DNA of 24,000 nucleotides from Fluoribacter dumoffii NY 23 (GCF_000236165.1 NZ_CM001373.1:397677-421676), one strand, 5' to 3'. Shown: positions 14,593 to 23,730, numbered from the stretch's first letter. The notes: generated by a model from the sequence alone, not told the origin. Numbers and translations are program-made.

Positions 14593-16761
14593 TTATTGAA
14601 AGGGGGAAGGTGAGCTATCTTTGTTGACTGTTTCTTCAACCGTTTCAGAGGGTTGTACCTTATCAGATCGAACTTCGGTTATAGCACTTCGATATCGTTG
14701 AGTTACATCCCGAGCAGACTCTAACTTAGCCCCTTCCTGTGTTTCATGAACAGGCACATCAACTCCATACGCATGTTGTGTCTGTACTTCATGAGTGGGC
14801 TGATGGCCTGGCAATTTTGAAAGAGCATCAAAAAATGAAGCGTGTTCATGGCACTCTGGCAAAGACTGTTCAAATAAGTATTTCGGAGGGCCATGAAGAA
14901 AATGAATGGTCACTTGATCTCCCTTAATGCTTATTTTGAAATCTTGATTCTTTTCAGGTAAAAAGTCAGTCTCTGAGACTCGCACCAATTTTATTTCACG
15001 ATCGAATTCTTTGCATATTAAACCGCCTTCTTTGATGTAAATTTCTCGTTTCTCGCTGAATGGGTTCTTATATATTCCCTCAAATGTTTCCAATGATGGG
15101 GTGAATTCTTTCTTTTCTTTCTTGTATTTCTGTGCTTCATCAAACCATTCTAAACGCAGTTTTTTGGATTTGTCATTGGGTGATGACTTAGTTGCTGCGA
15201 CGAAACACCTTCTGGCTTCTTCAATCTCGCCCTGATCTTCGGCAATCATCCCCTCAATTGTTTTTTGGTATCCTTCATCACTTTGAGGATATTGAGGCAT
15301 GTGTTCAAAAAGCTCTTGCATATCGCCAATTGGCGCTAAATCAGGAGAACTCAATATTTGGGTAGCAATACTCATCCCATGTTCAGAATTTGTAAAAAAT
15401 GCTGCACCTTTTTTATCTGTTACATTGATCGCAATAAAAGATCTCGTATTAAGGTTTTCACCATATTGATATGCGATTACCTTACCTGAATCTATATATA
15501 TATGCCAACCTAACCCACAAGTATTCGTGATGCTGTAAGTTCTTGTTGGCACAAGTTTCTCACTTAGGGCCTTGATTTCTGGTTGTGTAGACTCATCTAA
15601 TGCGCCTTTTAAATCATCAAATTCCACTTTGCTGAAACTTACACGCTTATAATTATCATCTGTTGCATTTTTTAGGTATTTGGCGGTGTTACCCGCTTTG
15701 CTTAGAAGTTTGAACTCTTCTGGTGTCAAATCTGAAAGTGCGAAACTCGTTTCAAACTCAAATGCTTCTTGGAAGGTAGGATCGTCCATATTCTTTAACC
15801 AGGCGGCCATGAATTTTGAAAAATCATCGGCTGTCGTAAGTAGTGTACCTGCGGCATTAAGATGAGGGGTATGACCTGCTTTTGATGTCATTGCCAAGAC
15901 ATCGCTTTTGAATGATAGATTATTAAGTTTCGTTGCTAAGTTTGTTAGATCAATCTCTGGAGGAATGGGTGCTGGTTCACTCATTCCTTTTACATAGTAC
16001 TCACGGGGATTTTCAGATAAATAAATTGTACCGTTTTCAGATTGGTTGAGATTTGACAACGATGACATCAATGCCAGATCATACTTAAGGTTTGGGATGC
16101 TCTCATAGATTGATGTCGGTTTTCCCAGCTCAGTATGAACGGCTACAATATTGGCCCTACTATCTGGTTGCGGTAAAAATGTAGAGTGATCCAATTCTAA
16201 AGGCTTAAACACATACCTTTTAGCTAACTCTTCTAAATCTACTTTTTCACCTAAAACTTTACTCATTCTGGTCTCAATAACTTTTTGTAAGTAAAGGATA
16301 GCTTCACCTGAATAGGAGTATCCCTTGCCTAGGTCTGATTTATCATCAAAGGATAGTGAAGAAGATAAATCTGATCCTGATCCAAAATTGGGTAAGCCTG
16401 TGGTGTGGGACAATACATGTCTGGCTGTTAATTGTTTAACCTTCTCAGGATACGTACCCCTTTCCATAAATCGTTCATATTGCAGAATATCATGTAATGG
16501 TTCATCCAAATCGATATGTTTTTCCTTGACCAATTGTAACACTAAATAAGTAAATACAATTTTGCTCAGAGAGGATGCTGGAAACTGGGTATCATTATTT
16601 ACTGAATCGGTAGATTGTGTGTCCTTTTTGCCAACAGAGAGTGAGGTTCTTACAAATTCATGTTCGCTTTCTTCTTTGGGTTCAACATAAGCATACCCTG
16701 TAGCCGGAATATGGGCAGGCTCTGATATTTTTTGTAAAGCATGAATAGAAGGTTTAGTCAT
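14593..16761 (-). CDS. Beta-lactamase-family serine hydrolase with insertion, C-terminal DUF3471-like module and acidic tail
   Basis: 722-aa ORF. SxxK motif in ASSLSKIVF, a YSYSGEA (Tyr-x-Asn-like) motif, AAGTLLTTADDFSKF and GLGWHIY, all typical of class-C beta-lactamase/esterase-family proteins. The C-terminal segment FEGIYKNPFSEKREIYIKEGGLICKEFDREIKLVRVSETDF resembles the beta-rich domain often appended to these hydrolases. The tail is Glu/Ser-rich (SETVEETVNKDSSPSPFQ). Confidence 0.85.
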   Translation of the reverse strand: MTKPSIHALQKISEPAHIPATGYAYVEPKEESEHEFVRTSLSVGKKDTQSTDSVNNDTQFPASSLSKIVFTYLVLQLVKEKHIDLDEPLHDILQYERFMERGTYPEKVKQLTARHVLSHTTGLPNFGSGSDLSSSLSFDDKSDLGKGYSYSGEAILYLQKVIETRMSKVLGEKVDLEELAKRYVFKPLELDHSTFLPQPDSRANIVAVHTELGKPTSIYESIPNLKYDLALMSSLSNLNQSENGTIYLSENPREYYVKGMSEPAPIPPEIDLTNLATKLNNLSFKSDVLAMTSKAGHTPHLNAAGTLLTTADDFSKFMAAWLKNMDDPTFQEAFEFETSFALSDLTPEEFKLLSKAGNTAKYLKNATDDNYKRVSFSKVEFDDLKGALDESTQPEIKALSEKLVPTRTYSITNTCGLGWHIYIDSGKVIAYQYGENLNTRSFIAINVTDKKGAAFFTNSEHGMSIATQILSSPDLAPIGDMQELFEHMPQYPQSDEGYQKTIEGMIAEDQGEIEEARRCFVAATKSSPNDKSKKLRLEWFDEAQKYKKEKKEFTPSLETFEGIYKNPFSEKREIYIKEGGLICKEFDREIKLVRVSETDFLPEKNQDFKISIKGDQVTIHFLHGPPKYLFEQSLPECHEHASFFDALSKLPGHQPTHEVQTQHAYGVDVPVHETQEGAKLESARDVTQRYRSAITEVRSDKVQPSETVEETVNKDSSPSPFQ

Positions 16762-16948
16762 AGTGTACTTAAAAGAACCTCGTGATATATTTATTATGAA
16801 ACAAATCTCTGTACAGGATCGTTTTAGTTTTTACCTCTTACAAGTGCAAACCAACCTTAGAGATAAAGTATATCTTACTTACTTCCATAAAATTAGAAGT
16901 GACAAATAGTTATTGTAAAAATTACCAATGATATTTGGTCTAGTTTAG

Positions 16949-17653
16949 TTACTCTTTAAATTCGCTTGTAGGCCTGGGTCCTTTTGATATATCAAATGGA
17001 TTTGGTGATTTATAAGAAGCAACAGCTTCGTTCTCAGCAACAACCTTTTGTTTAGCATCAGGATTAGTCTTAAAGTCAAGATCTGCCTTATAGTTGTTAT
17101 TGGGAATTAGGTTCTTATTAAGAAGTCTAGTAACAAATTGATCATATAAATTTGGATCAGGAATACTAATTTTCAGATCATTTCCTTTTCTTGAGATGCT
17201 TATATTTTGTGCATTGACTTCATCAGTAAACATTTTGAGCTCATCTTCAATCTTATCATAAAGCTCATTTAGATCCTTTTTATCGTTAGCACTGAGAGAT
17301 TCATTACCTTGAAAATAGATTAATCCCATAGCTGAATCCAATTTAATCGAAAATACAGCTAAGTCATTATTAAAATTATAAAGGAAATCTTCATCAGAGC
17401 TCCAAACCGCACTATCTTCTAAATAAGAGGATAATGCTTTAACTTCTATATTTGTAGGTACATATTTTGGAGCAGGGGCATTATCTTGTGGGGAGTTTTC
17501 ACCTTTGACTTCATTACCACCACCAGCTCCTCTGCCATGACCTCTGCAAATAGGCAAACCAGCCGCACGGCACATACCGCAGGGATTACTATCAAGAGCC
17601 TTTGATCGTTCATCCCTTTTATTTTCTTTTTTACTTTTCGGTTCAGCTGGCAT
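16949..17653 (-). CDS. Hypothetical protein (234 aa) with basic, Cys- and Gly/Arg-rich N-terminus
   Basis: Long ATG-initiated ORF in an otherwise non-coding interval. The N-terminus reads KSKKENKRDERSK...CGMCRAAGLPICRGHGRGAGGG. I do not recognise any family. Confidence 0.6.
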   Translation of the reverse strand: MPAEPKSKKENKRDERSKALDSNPCGMCRAAGLPICRGHGRGAGGGNEVKGENSPQDNAPAPKYVPTNIEVKALSSYLEDSAVWSSDEDFLYNFNNDLAVFSIKLDSAMGLIYFQGNESLSANDKKDLNELYDKIEDELKMFTDEVNAQNISISRKGNDLKISIPDPNLYDQFVTRLLNKNLIPNNNYKADLDFKTNPDAKQKVVAENEAVASYKSPNPFDISKGPRPTSEFKE

Positions 17654-18203
17654 TTTTCACTCCAAAATATCGTAAATTTTTGTTTAAATTTTAACCCAAT
17701 GGGTTGCGTTATATAACAATATTTTTGTTTTTTTACGTATATTTAACAAATTATATTATCAAAAGTTACAGAAAGGTTGATGATTATTAAGAGCACACCA
17801 TTTTTTCAATACATTACTGAGTTTCCAATGCAGGCAGAAAAACATGTTAAAATTATGGAAAAGAAAATGCAATATTGAAGTTTCGGAAGAAGTCCAGCCG
17901 TATTTTTGCAATTAACTTTGAAGGTTTAGTTCTAGCATCTCCAAGCCTGATAATCACCAATCAAATTTTGAATCTTCGTCATACGATATACCTTAATTTG
18001 CCAATTTATTTGTTGATGCCGAGCTACTGATCTAGATCGTCTGTTTCTACTGCTCGGACCATATACGTGATGACACCTATCTGCATTTCTTTTTCGCACG
18101 TAATTTTTTACGGAGGTTTGAACAAGGTGAATGTCCTTCATACTACTAGCCGGATAGCGGGTATAATAACGCGACATTTTTGACTTTATAACAGCATGGA
18201 TCC

Positions 18204-18858
18204 TCAGTGGTTGTGCTGCATCTTTGAGACACAGATGAAGCTTCTTAAACAACCCGCAATCGAACCTGGATGCTCTTCTTGGACGGTATTTGATTGGTTT
18301 GTAGTTGCATCATACATGCATTTGTAATTCATGGCTGCGAAAATACCCAAAAGTTCGTTGGTAATGTTGAAGGCCGTTATTAAATCGCTTTCTTCATAAC
18401 TATCTAACCAAGAGGAAACACAGAGCCGCTGTAATGTTTGATACTGAAAGTCATCTGGCTTCATATTATAGAAATAAGTCAGGTTCCATAAACAAGTATT
18501 TAGAGAGAAAAATGGATGGCCAATCACTGTTTCTCCCCAGTCAATAATGCTTAGCTCCCCTGTTTTTTTGGAAACTAGGATATTGTTATCCTGAAAATCG
18601 CAATGATTGATGGTTTCAGGGATCTTGTACTGTGACAGTCGTTCACATAATTCTACACAGAAATCATAAGCTTCATTTAGCGTAGTTATTTCTTTTTGAG
18701 ATAAGCCATCAGCAACTAATAGCTCCGTTTCTTGAATAAGCTCGCGGTACAACTATTGAATGGGCTGGTTCGACTATTTTTTGAACGGAAACCAGCCTAC
18801 AATCATTAGATTCCAGATAATCCACTGCCCATTGAATAGCTGCATCATTATTTTTCAT
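18204..18858 (-). pseudogene. APH/choline-kinase-type phosphotransferase, disrupted (N-lobe deleted and frameshifted)
   Basis: The C-lobe ORF (18204-18752) carries the catalytic loop INHCDFQDNNIL and the IIDWGETVIGHPFF motif. A separate 49-codon frame starts at the ATG at 18858 and overlaps the MazG stop (ATGA). It encodes a typical kinase N-terminus (MKNNDAAIQWAVDYLESNDCRLVSVQKIVEPAHSIV) and then stops. The two pieces are in different frames, and the joined length is roughly 100 aa short of a normal N-lobe. Confidence 0.6.
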
Positions 18859-19469
18859 GCTTCATCCAGGTATCGTGCAACCTTGACACCACATGTTGCA
18901 CATTCGCCTTCAAGAGTAATTGTCCTACTATTTTCTATAGCAACGGGGGATATCATTCTGCATACGCCACTGCATTGACCACACCAGACATTATTTAAAA
19001 TTAATTCTTTCTGCGTTACTTTTTCCCATAGTTGGAGCGCTTTTTTTGTGCCACGAACACCTGCGCTTTCCGGGATCATGGTTCTTTGTTTTGCCATTTC
19101 CCAGTAGCGCATTAACTCATCAAATGATTTGCCCTGTAGATTTTCCAACCCCTGTTCTTTAGCAATAGCCCTTACTGCATTTAAACGATGTTCAAATTTA
19201 TCAAGGCTTTTGCGCAAGGTAAGCTCGGTATCAAAGTTACAATAGGTACATAGCGAAAATACCGCATGCAGTAGATCACCTATTTCATCCTGCAAGGCTT
19301 CTCTGTTGTCTTTCGCCTCCAGATGCTCTTCAATTTCCAAACATTCACTGCGAATTTGCGCCATAATTTGGGCATTGGTTTCCCATCGCAGGCCCAAAAG
19401 AATGGCTTCTTTCTCTAGATGTTCAATGTCATCAAAAATGGTTTGTTTCATTCTATTATTCCAATTCAA
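18855..19469 (-). CDS. MazG-type nucleoside triphosphate pyrophosphohydrolase with C-terminal CxxC...CxxC zinc-ribbon-like extension
   Basis: The EIEEHLEA...LQDEIGDLLH pattern matches the E-x2-E ... E-x2-D metal-binding helices of all-alpha NTP pyrophosphatases. The C-terminus contains CGQCSGVC and CATCG. Confidence 0.78.
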   Translation of the reverse strand: MNWNNRMKQTIFDDIEHLEKEAILLGLRWETNAQIMAQIRSECLEIEEHLEAKDNREALQDEIGDLLHAVFSLCTYCNFDTELTLRKSLDKFEHRLNAVRAIAKEQGLENLQGKSFDELMRYWEMAKQRTMIPESAGVRGTKKALQLWEKVTQKELILNNVWCGQCSGVCRMISPVAIENSRTITLEGECATCGVKVARYLDEA

Positions 19470-19561
19470 AGCTCACTATAAAAAAATGAATCATTGCTTA
19501 ACTTCAAGGTCCTTGTTACTCGTGCTTAGTCAGGTGTGTTTTATTAACAAACCTTTTTAAC

Positions 19562-20443
19562 TTATGCGTGGGATAACAGCGGAAACATCAACTGATTTTC
19601 ATCGAATAAAGATGTCTTGTCTTCCTCAACAAAAAGCATTTCATCCTTTGCTTGTTCATCGACAGGTATTATCTCATAGGATGAACAATCTTTTGGAACA
19701 AAACCAAGTCTTACAGTATCTGTGGTTTCATCACTCAATGCATGGATAATATCGTCTAAATTGTGCTCTTTTTTGCTATATACGTCCAATAGGTGCAGTT
19801 GTCGTCCTTTTATTTCAGCAATCGCAATGGCATCCAATTCAGGCAAGTAGAACACATTGTCTTTATATACAGTGATACAATAAAACATTACCAGATCGGC
19901 GTTTTCTTGCATGGAGATCTTGCCATATGGATCGGTGTTTTGGGCATAATCATAAAGTTGTTCCCTATTTTCTTTTTTATTCATATTCAATTTGACAAAG
20001 CTAGCTTGCGTTGAGGGTGTTGTTGTTCGCTGGTATTGATACTCTTTAACTGATTTAAATCCGAGTTTAGGATAGAAGCCCCATACCGTTGAATTAGCAA
20101 AAAGATAAATCAGATGATTATCTGCTTTCCAATCTTCAAAGACTTTTTCCATGAGCATTCTACTTAAGCCTTGATTTCTGTAGGCGTCATCTGTCATTAC
20201 AGTGCCAAGCTGGATGGTTCTTTGTTTATGGCCAAAGATGCTAAAATCTATTATATTTACTGAAACATTGGCAACGGCTTGTTCCCCATCAAATAAGGTA
20301 TAAGGAATGTATTTGTCGCGCCAATAGCCTGATTGGTACCACTCTTCAAAAGATAAATCAAAGGTTTTGACTGCAAGCGCATTAAATGCAGTGCGTTTTT
20401 TATCGTCTTGTTGATAGCCCTTAAAAAATATAAGTTTTTTCAT
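19562..20443 (-). CDS. GNAT-family N-acetyltransferase (two-domain, Eis-like architecture)
   Basis: Acetyl-CoA binding motif QLGTVMTDDAYRNQGLSRMLMEKV (Q/R-x-x-G-x-G/A type) and FYPKLGF, followed by an extra ~150-aa C-terminal domain. Confidence 0.8.
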   Translation of the reverse strand: MKKLIFFKGYQQDDKKRTAFNALAVKTFDLSFEEWYQSGYWRDKYIPYTLFDGEQAVANVSVNIIDFSIFGHKQRTIQLGTVMTDDAYRNQGLSRMLMEKVFEDWKADNHLIYLFANSTVWGFYPKLGFKSVKEYQYQRTTTPSTQASFVKLNMNKKENREQLYDYAQNTDPYGKISMQENADLVMFYCITVYKDNVFYLPELDAIAIAEIKGRQLHLLDVYSKKEHNLDDIIHALSDETTDTVRLGFVPKDCSSYEIIPVDEQAKDEMLFVEEDKTSLFDENQLMFPLLSHA

Positions 20444-20594
20444 TTATTACCTTTGTTAGAGAAACATATGCTGTTACCCGTTGCTTCACAGAATAGAGTA
20501 TACCCTAGATTGACATTGCAAGATTGAGGTATGTTGAATAATTACAGTAAGATACATTCAAAGTTTAGAAATTTATAAATTTAAGGAAATCATT

Positions 20595-22352
20595 TTGCCT
20601 ACTATTGCAAACAACAACAAATTTTTCAGTTTTTTTCTGAAAGTCTCCACACCATATCGGTGGTGGTTTCTAGCAATGAGTATGGTAGGTATCTATTCAG
20701 CTATACACAGTGTTATTCAACCTTATGTACTTAAGGTTATCCTAGACCGGGTAACTACATCTGGAGCAAACTCCTTTGTTTCGAAGTGCCTACCACCCGC
20801 TTTATTACTAATTATTCTCGGTTTTTTAATCACTCTTTTATGGAGATTTTACAACTATTTGGTACTCAAATCATTACCAAGGATAAAAGCTGATATTGTA
20901 ACTATTGCCACGGAGCACTTAAGAAACCAATCCTATGCATTTTTTCAAGATAGAATGAGTGGCGAGATCAGCGCTAAAATTTCAGATTTAACCAATAACA
21001 TCCAAAATGTTGTCAATTCATGGTTCAATATCTCAAGACAAGCTTTAACTATCTTATTATCAATTTTTATAGTAGGAACGGTTAGTTGGTACTTTAGCGC
21101 TACTTTTCTTGTTGTATCAGCTGTTTTTATCTATTTATCGTATTATTGTGCATCCAGCATTAGACCCTATGCAAAAGATTATGCAGAGGCAAAAACTAAA
21201 TATTCTGGCGCCATCGTTGATTGTTTTAGCAATATTTTAAATGTGCTGCTATTTGCAAGGGAAAATCACGAAGCAAAATATTTAGCCCACAATACAAATC
21301 TGGCTTTAGAAAAAGAAACTAAAATGCAGGTTAAAAATATGCTTAATGCTTCATTGCTTGGTTTTTTTGCCTGGGTTTTACAAAGCACATCTATATTATT
21401 ATTGGTTTATCTTGGTGCAAAAGGCCAAATTACAGCTGGTGATTTTGCTTTTGTATTTATCTTATCCATAACGGTTATTGATCAAATTTGGTATTTAACT
21501 GAAAGTTTATTGGTAGTTGGAGAACAAGCAGGTATTTGTCAGAACGCTCTCGACACCATTTTCACTCCTCATTTACAACCTTTAAGCTCGATAGATAGTA
21601 AACTAAGAATTCAAGAGGGGAAAATTGAATTCAAGGATGTAAATTTTAACTATATTGAAGATAAAAAAACTATTACCGATTTTAGTCTAACGATAAAAGG
21701 CGGCAATAAAATTGGGTTAGTTGGCTTTAGTGGCGCAGGAAAAAGTACCATCGTACAGCTTATGACTAAATTATATGATATCGATAAAGGTGATATCTTA
21801 ATTGATGGTCAAAGTATTAAAGATACTCATAGACAAAGCCTGCGAGAACATATTGCTTTCATACCCCAAGATCCCTCTCTATTTCATCGTTCTATCTTTG
21901 AAAATATTCAATATGGTTGCACAGAAGCCAATCTTGACCAAATCATTAGAGCTGCCAAGCAAGCCCATGCTCATGAGTTTATAAGCCAACTGCCACACGG
22001 ATATGAAACCTTGGTTGGAGAAAAAGGTGTTAAATTATCTGGCGGGCAAAGGCAGAGAATAGCGATTGCAAGAGCCATTTTAAAAAATGCGCCCATTTTA
22101 ATCTTAGATGAGGCTACCAGTTCGCTAGACTCCATTACAGAAGAACTAATCAAACAGTCTCTGAATTCCGCAATGAAAAATAGAACAGTTATAGTCATTG
22201 CTCATAGGCTTTCAACCCTCCTGTCAATGGACAAAATTGTGGTTATGGATCAAGGTAAAATCATTGAGCTAGGTAGCCACAGTGAGTTAATTATTCTGAA
22301 TGGTTTTTATAAAAACCTATGGGATGCTCAAAGTGGTCATAGCCTTATTTAA
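20595..22352 (+). CDS. ABC transporter, fused permease/ATPase half-transporter (type I exporter, MsbA-like architecture)
   Basis: N-terminal region with six hydrophobic helices. Walker A GFSGAGKST, signature LSGGQRQR, Walker B ILILDEATS and H-loop IAHRL. The TTG start at 20595 is preceded by AAGGA; an internal Met start is possible. Confidence 0.93.
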   Translation: MPTIANNNKFFSFFLKVSTPYRWWFLAMSMVGIYSAIHSVIQPYVLKVILDRVTTSGANSFVSKCLPPALLLIILGFLITLLWRFYNYLVLKSLPRIKADIVTIATEHLRNQSYAFFQDRMSGEISAKISDLTNNIQNVVNSWFNISRQALTILLSIFIVGTVSWYFSATFLVVSAVFIYLSYYCASSIRPYAKDYAEAKTKYSGAIVDCFSNILNVLLFARENHEAKYLAHNTNLALEKETKMQVKNMLNASLLGFFAWVLQSTSILLLVYLGAKGQITAGDFAFVFILSITVIDQIWYLTESLLVVGEQAGICQNALDTIFTPHLQPLSSIDSKLRIQEGKIEFKDVNFNYIEDKKTITDFSLTIKGGNKIGLVGFSGAGKSTIVQLMTKLYDIDKGDILIDGQSIKDTHRQSLREHIAFIPQDPSLFHRSIFENIQYGCTEANLDQIIRAAKQAHAHEFISQLPHGYETLVGEKGVKLSGGQRQRIAIARAILKNAPILILDEATSSLDSITEELIKQSLNSAMKNRTVIVIAHRLSTLLSMDKIVVMDQGKIIELGSHSELIILNGFYKNLWDAQSGHSLI

Positions 22353-22498
22353 GATGATCTGTTGCCATACCTTCTCAACTTCTATCTGAATTGAAGCACC
22401 ACCAATGTTGGTAATTAGTATAGAGGAGAGAAATTGGGCGATAAAATCTATTATCCTTATCATTTATATATACAGTTGTACGGAGATAAATTGTTTGC

Positions 22499-22523
22499 GT
22501 CACTGAAACTAATTCTCAGTGAC
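22499..22523. terminator. Hairpin between convergent ABC exporter and avidin-like genes (probable terminator)
   Basis: GTCACTGA (22499-22506) pairs with TCAGTGAC (22516-22523) around a 9-nt loop. It lies 28 nt past the stop of the minus-strand gene. Confidence 0.45.
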
Positions 22524-22550
22524 ACAGGGAAGTACAGCAAATATTGATAT

Positions 22551-22964
22551 TTAGCCTTTGCTTTTGATAAATGTATCGTGAGATATGAATTGAGATCCTG
22601 GGCCTTCAGTAAAGCTAGACATTTGATGTGCAATAATTGCAATTGTATCAATTTTCTCTTTATTTGAATTAATATGCCCTGTCAGTGTAACCACGGAACC
22701 ACATGTTGGGTAGTTAACACTGAAAGTTATGGCAGTCCCATCAATATAACCAATGATTGGTCTTGCTAAGCCAATTACATCCTGACATTCCTTGGAGGCA
22801 ACAGAAGTTGTAAAGGTCCCTGTTAGAGAATTTTGTTTATTAAAATTCAGTTCTAGCGTTGAACCACGCGTATTTTGATAAGTTATAGTGTTTTCTGCAA
22901 ATGCTATATGACTTGCTAATGATAAACTCATCATGACTACACAAGTTCTAATGTTTAATTTCAT
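22551..22964 (-). CDS. Secreted avidin/streptavidin-family beta-barrel protein (divergent ligand pocket)
   Basis: Signal peptide MKLNIRTCVVMMSLSLASHIAFA. The mature region aligns with streptavidin landmarks: YQNTRGSTL vs WYNQLGSTF, LTGTFTTSV vs LTGTYESAV, ITFSVNY vs LGWTVAW, and ISHDTFIKS vs VGHDTFTKV. GGGAG lies 9 nt upstream of the ATG. Confidence 0.75.
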   Translation of the reverse strand: MKLNIRTCVVMMSLSLASHIAFAENTITYQNTRGSTLELNFNKQNSLTGTFTTSVASKECQDVIGLARPIIGYIDGTAITFSVNYPTCGSVVTLTGHINSNKEKIDTIAIIAHQMSSFTEGPGSQFISHDTFIKSKG

Positions 22965-23061
22965 ATTCTTTAACTCCCATTTGTTTATTAATAAATTTAT
23001 AACCTAGTGTTGTAGGCAGAGTTATTTTAAGGAGTGGTGAAATAATTTTAACTTCGTGAAA

Positions 23062-23637
23062 TCACGGATACACACGTGAAAATTGAGCTATTAATTCCGC
23101 ACGCGTTTTAACACTTAATTTTTGTTTCGAATTATTAATATGGGCTTCAACAGTTCTTGGAGAAATACTTAATTTCTTTGCTATTTGTTTATCAGTATAA
23201 CCATCAGATAGTACCGATAATATTTCGTACTCCCTGGGAGTTAAGGCCTTTATAATGTTCGATTGAGGTAATTCAATACTAAAGCCAACAAGGCCAATTA
23301 TATTGAGTCCTTTATCAAATAGAGGACTCTTCTTACTGATTATATTAACAATAGTTCCATCATGACGTAATATTTGTTCATAAGCACTTAAATCCTCCCC
23401 ATTTTCAAATAACATTTGATCATTCTTTCTAAGTTGATCTGCATAATGGTGCCATACAAAATGATGGTCTTGCTTATGATAAATTTCGCTAAGCGATTGA
23501 AATCCTGCTGATTTGCTAATAAAAAAACCATTTCCCCAGAGATAACATCCGTTCAAATTTTTTACGAAAATTGCGAAATTTAAATCTTGGTAGGCATGAA
23601 CTGGCAATGATTCTAAATACAATATCTGTTGCGCCAT
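23062..23637 (-). CDS. LuxR-family transcriptional regulator with N-terminal PAS-like sensor domain
   Basis: C-terminal HTH motif LTPREYEILSVLSDGYTDKQIAKKLSISPRTVEAHINN (LuxR/FixJ type). The N-terminal ~120 aa have a PAS-like pattern (NGCYLWGNGFF...LFENGE...HDGTIVNIISKKSPLFDKGLNIIGLVGF). Confidence 0.88.
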   Translation of the reverse strand: MAQQILYLESLPVHAYQDLNFAIFVKNLNGCYLWGNGFFISKSAGFQSLSEIYHKQDHHFVWHHYADQLRKNDQMLFENGEDLSAYEQILRHDGTIVNIISKKSPLFDKGLNIIGLVGFSIELPQSNIIKALTPREYEILSVLSDGYTDKQIAKKLSISPRTVEAHINNSKQKLSVKTRAELIAQFSRVYP

Positions 23638-23730
23638 GGAAAATTACCCCACCTACCAATTTATAATTTTATTCAATTAATAGAAGCAAATAATAGCACA
23701 ATTCATAGGCTGTCCCCAAATTTCAGGGGA

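Noticed and set aside
15493-15503. (TA)n microsatellite
   Set aside because: Only about five units, inside the hydrolase coding frame (encoding IYID). Too short to argue for phase variation.
17780-17878. 32-codon plus-strand ORF in the AT-rich intergenic region
   Set aside because: Only a weak purine-rich stretch lies upstream, and there is no conservation evidence. It is indistinguishable from chance in AT-rich DNA.
17932-18252. 106-aa highly basic ORF overlapping the 3' end of the phosphotransferase remnant
   Set aside because: No recognisable domain and an Arg/Ser-rich low-complexity sequence. It overlaps the kinase C-terminus in another frame and has no obvious RBS. Treated as doubtful rather than called.
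19306-20014. Plus-strand ORFs 19306-19560, 19564-19749 and 19793-20014
   Set aside because: They are antisense to the motif-supported MazG and GNAT genes and have no features of their own.
20510-20551. Possible sigma70 promoter for the ABC exporter (TTGACA at 20510-20515; TTGAGG 18 nt before TAAGAT)
   Set aside because: TTGACA lacks a properly spaced -10 element. The alternative pair is weak. In AT-rich DNA such matches are common, so no promoter is called.
21802-22198. ORFs 21802-21984 (+) and 21971-22198 (-) within the ABC ATPase domain
   Set aside because: They lie inside or antisense to the frame carrying the Walker A, signature and Walker B motifs.
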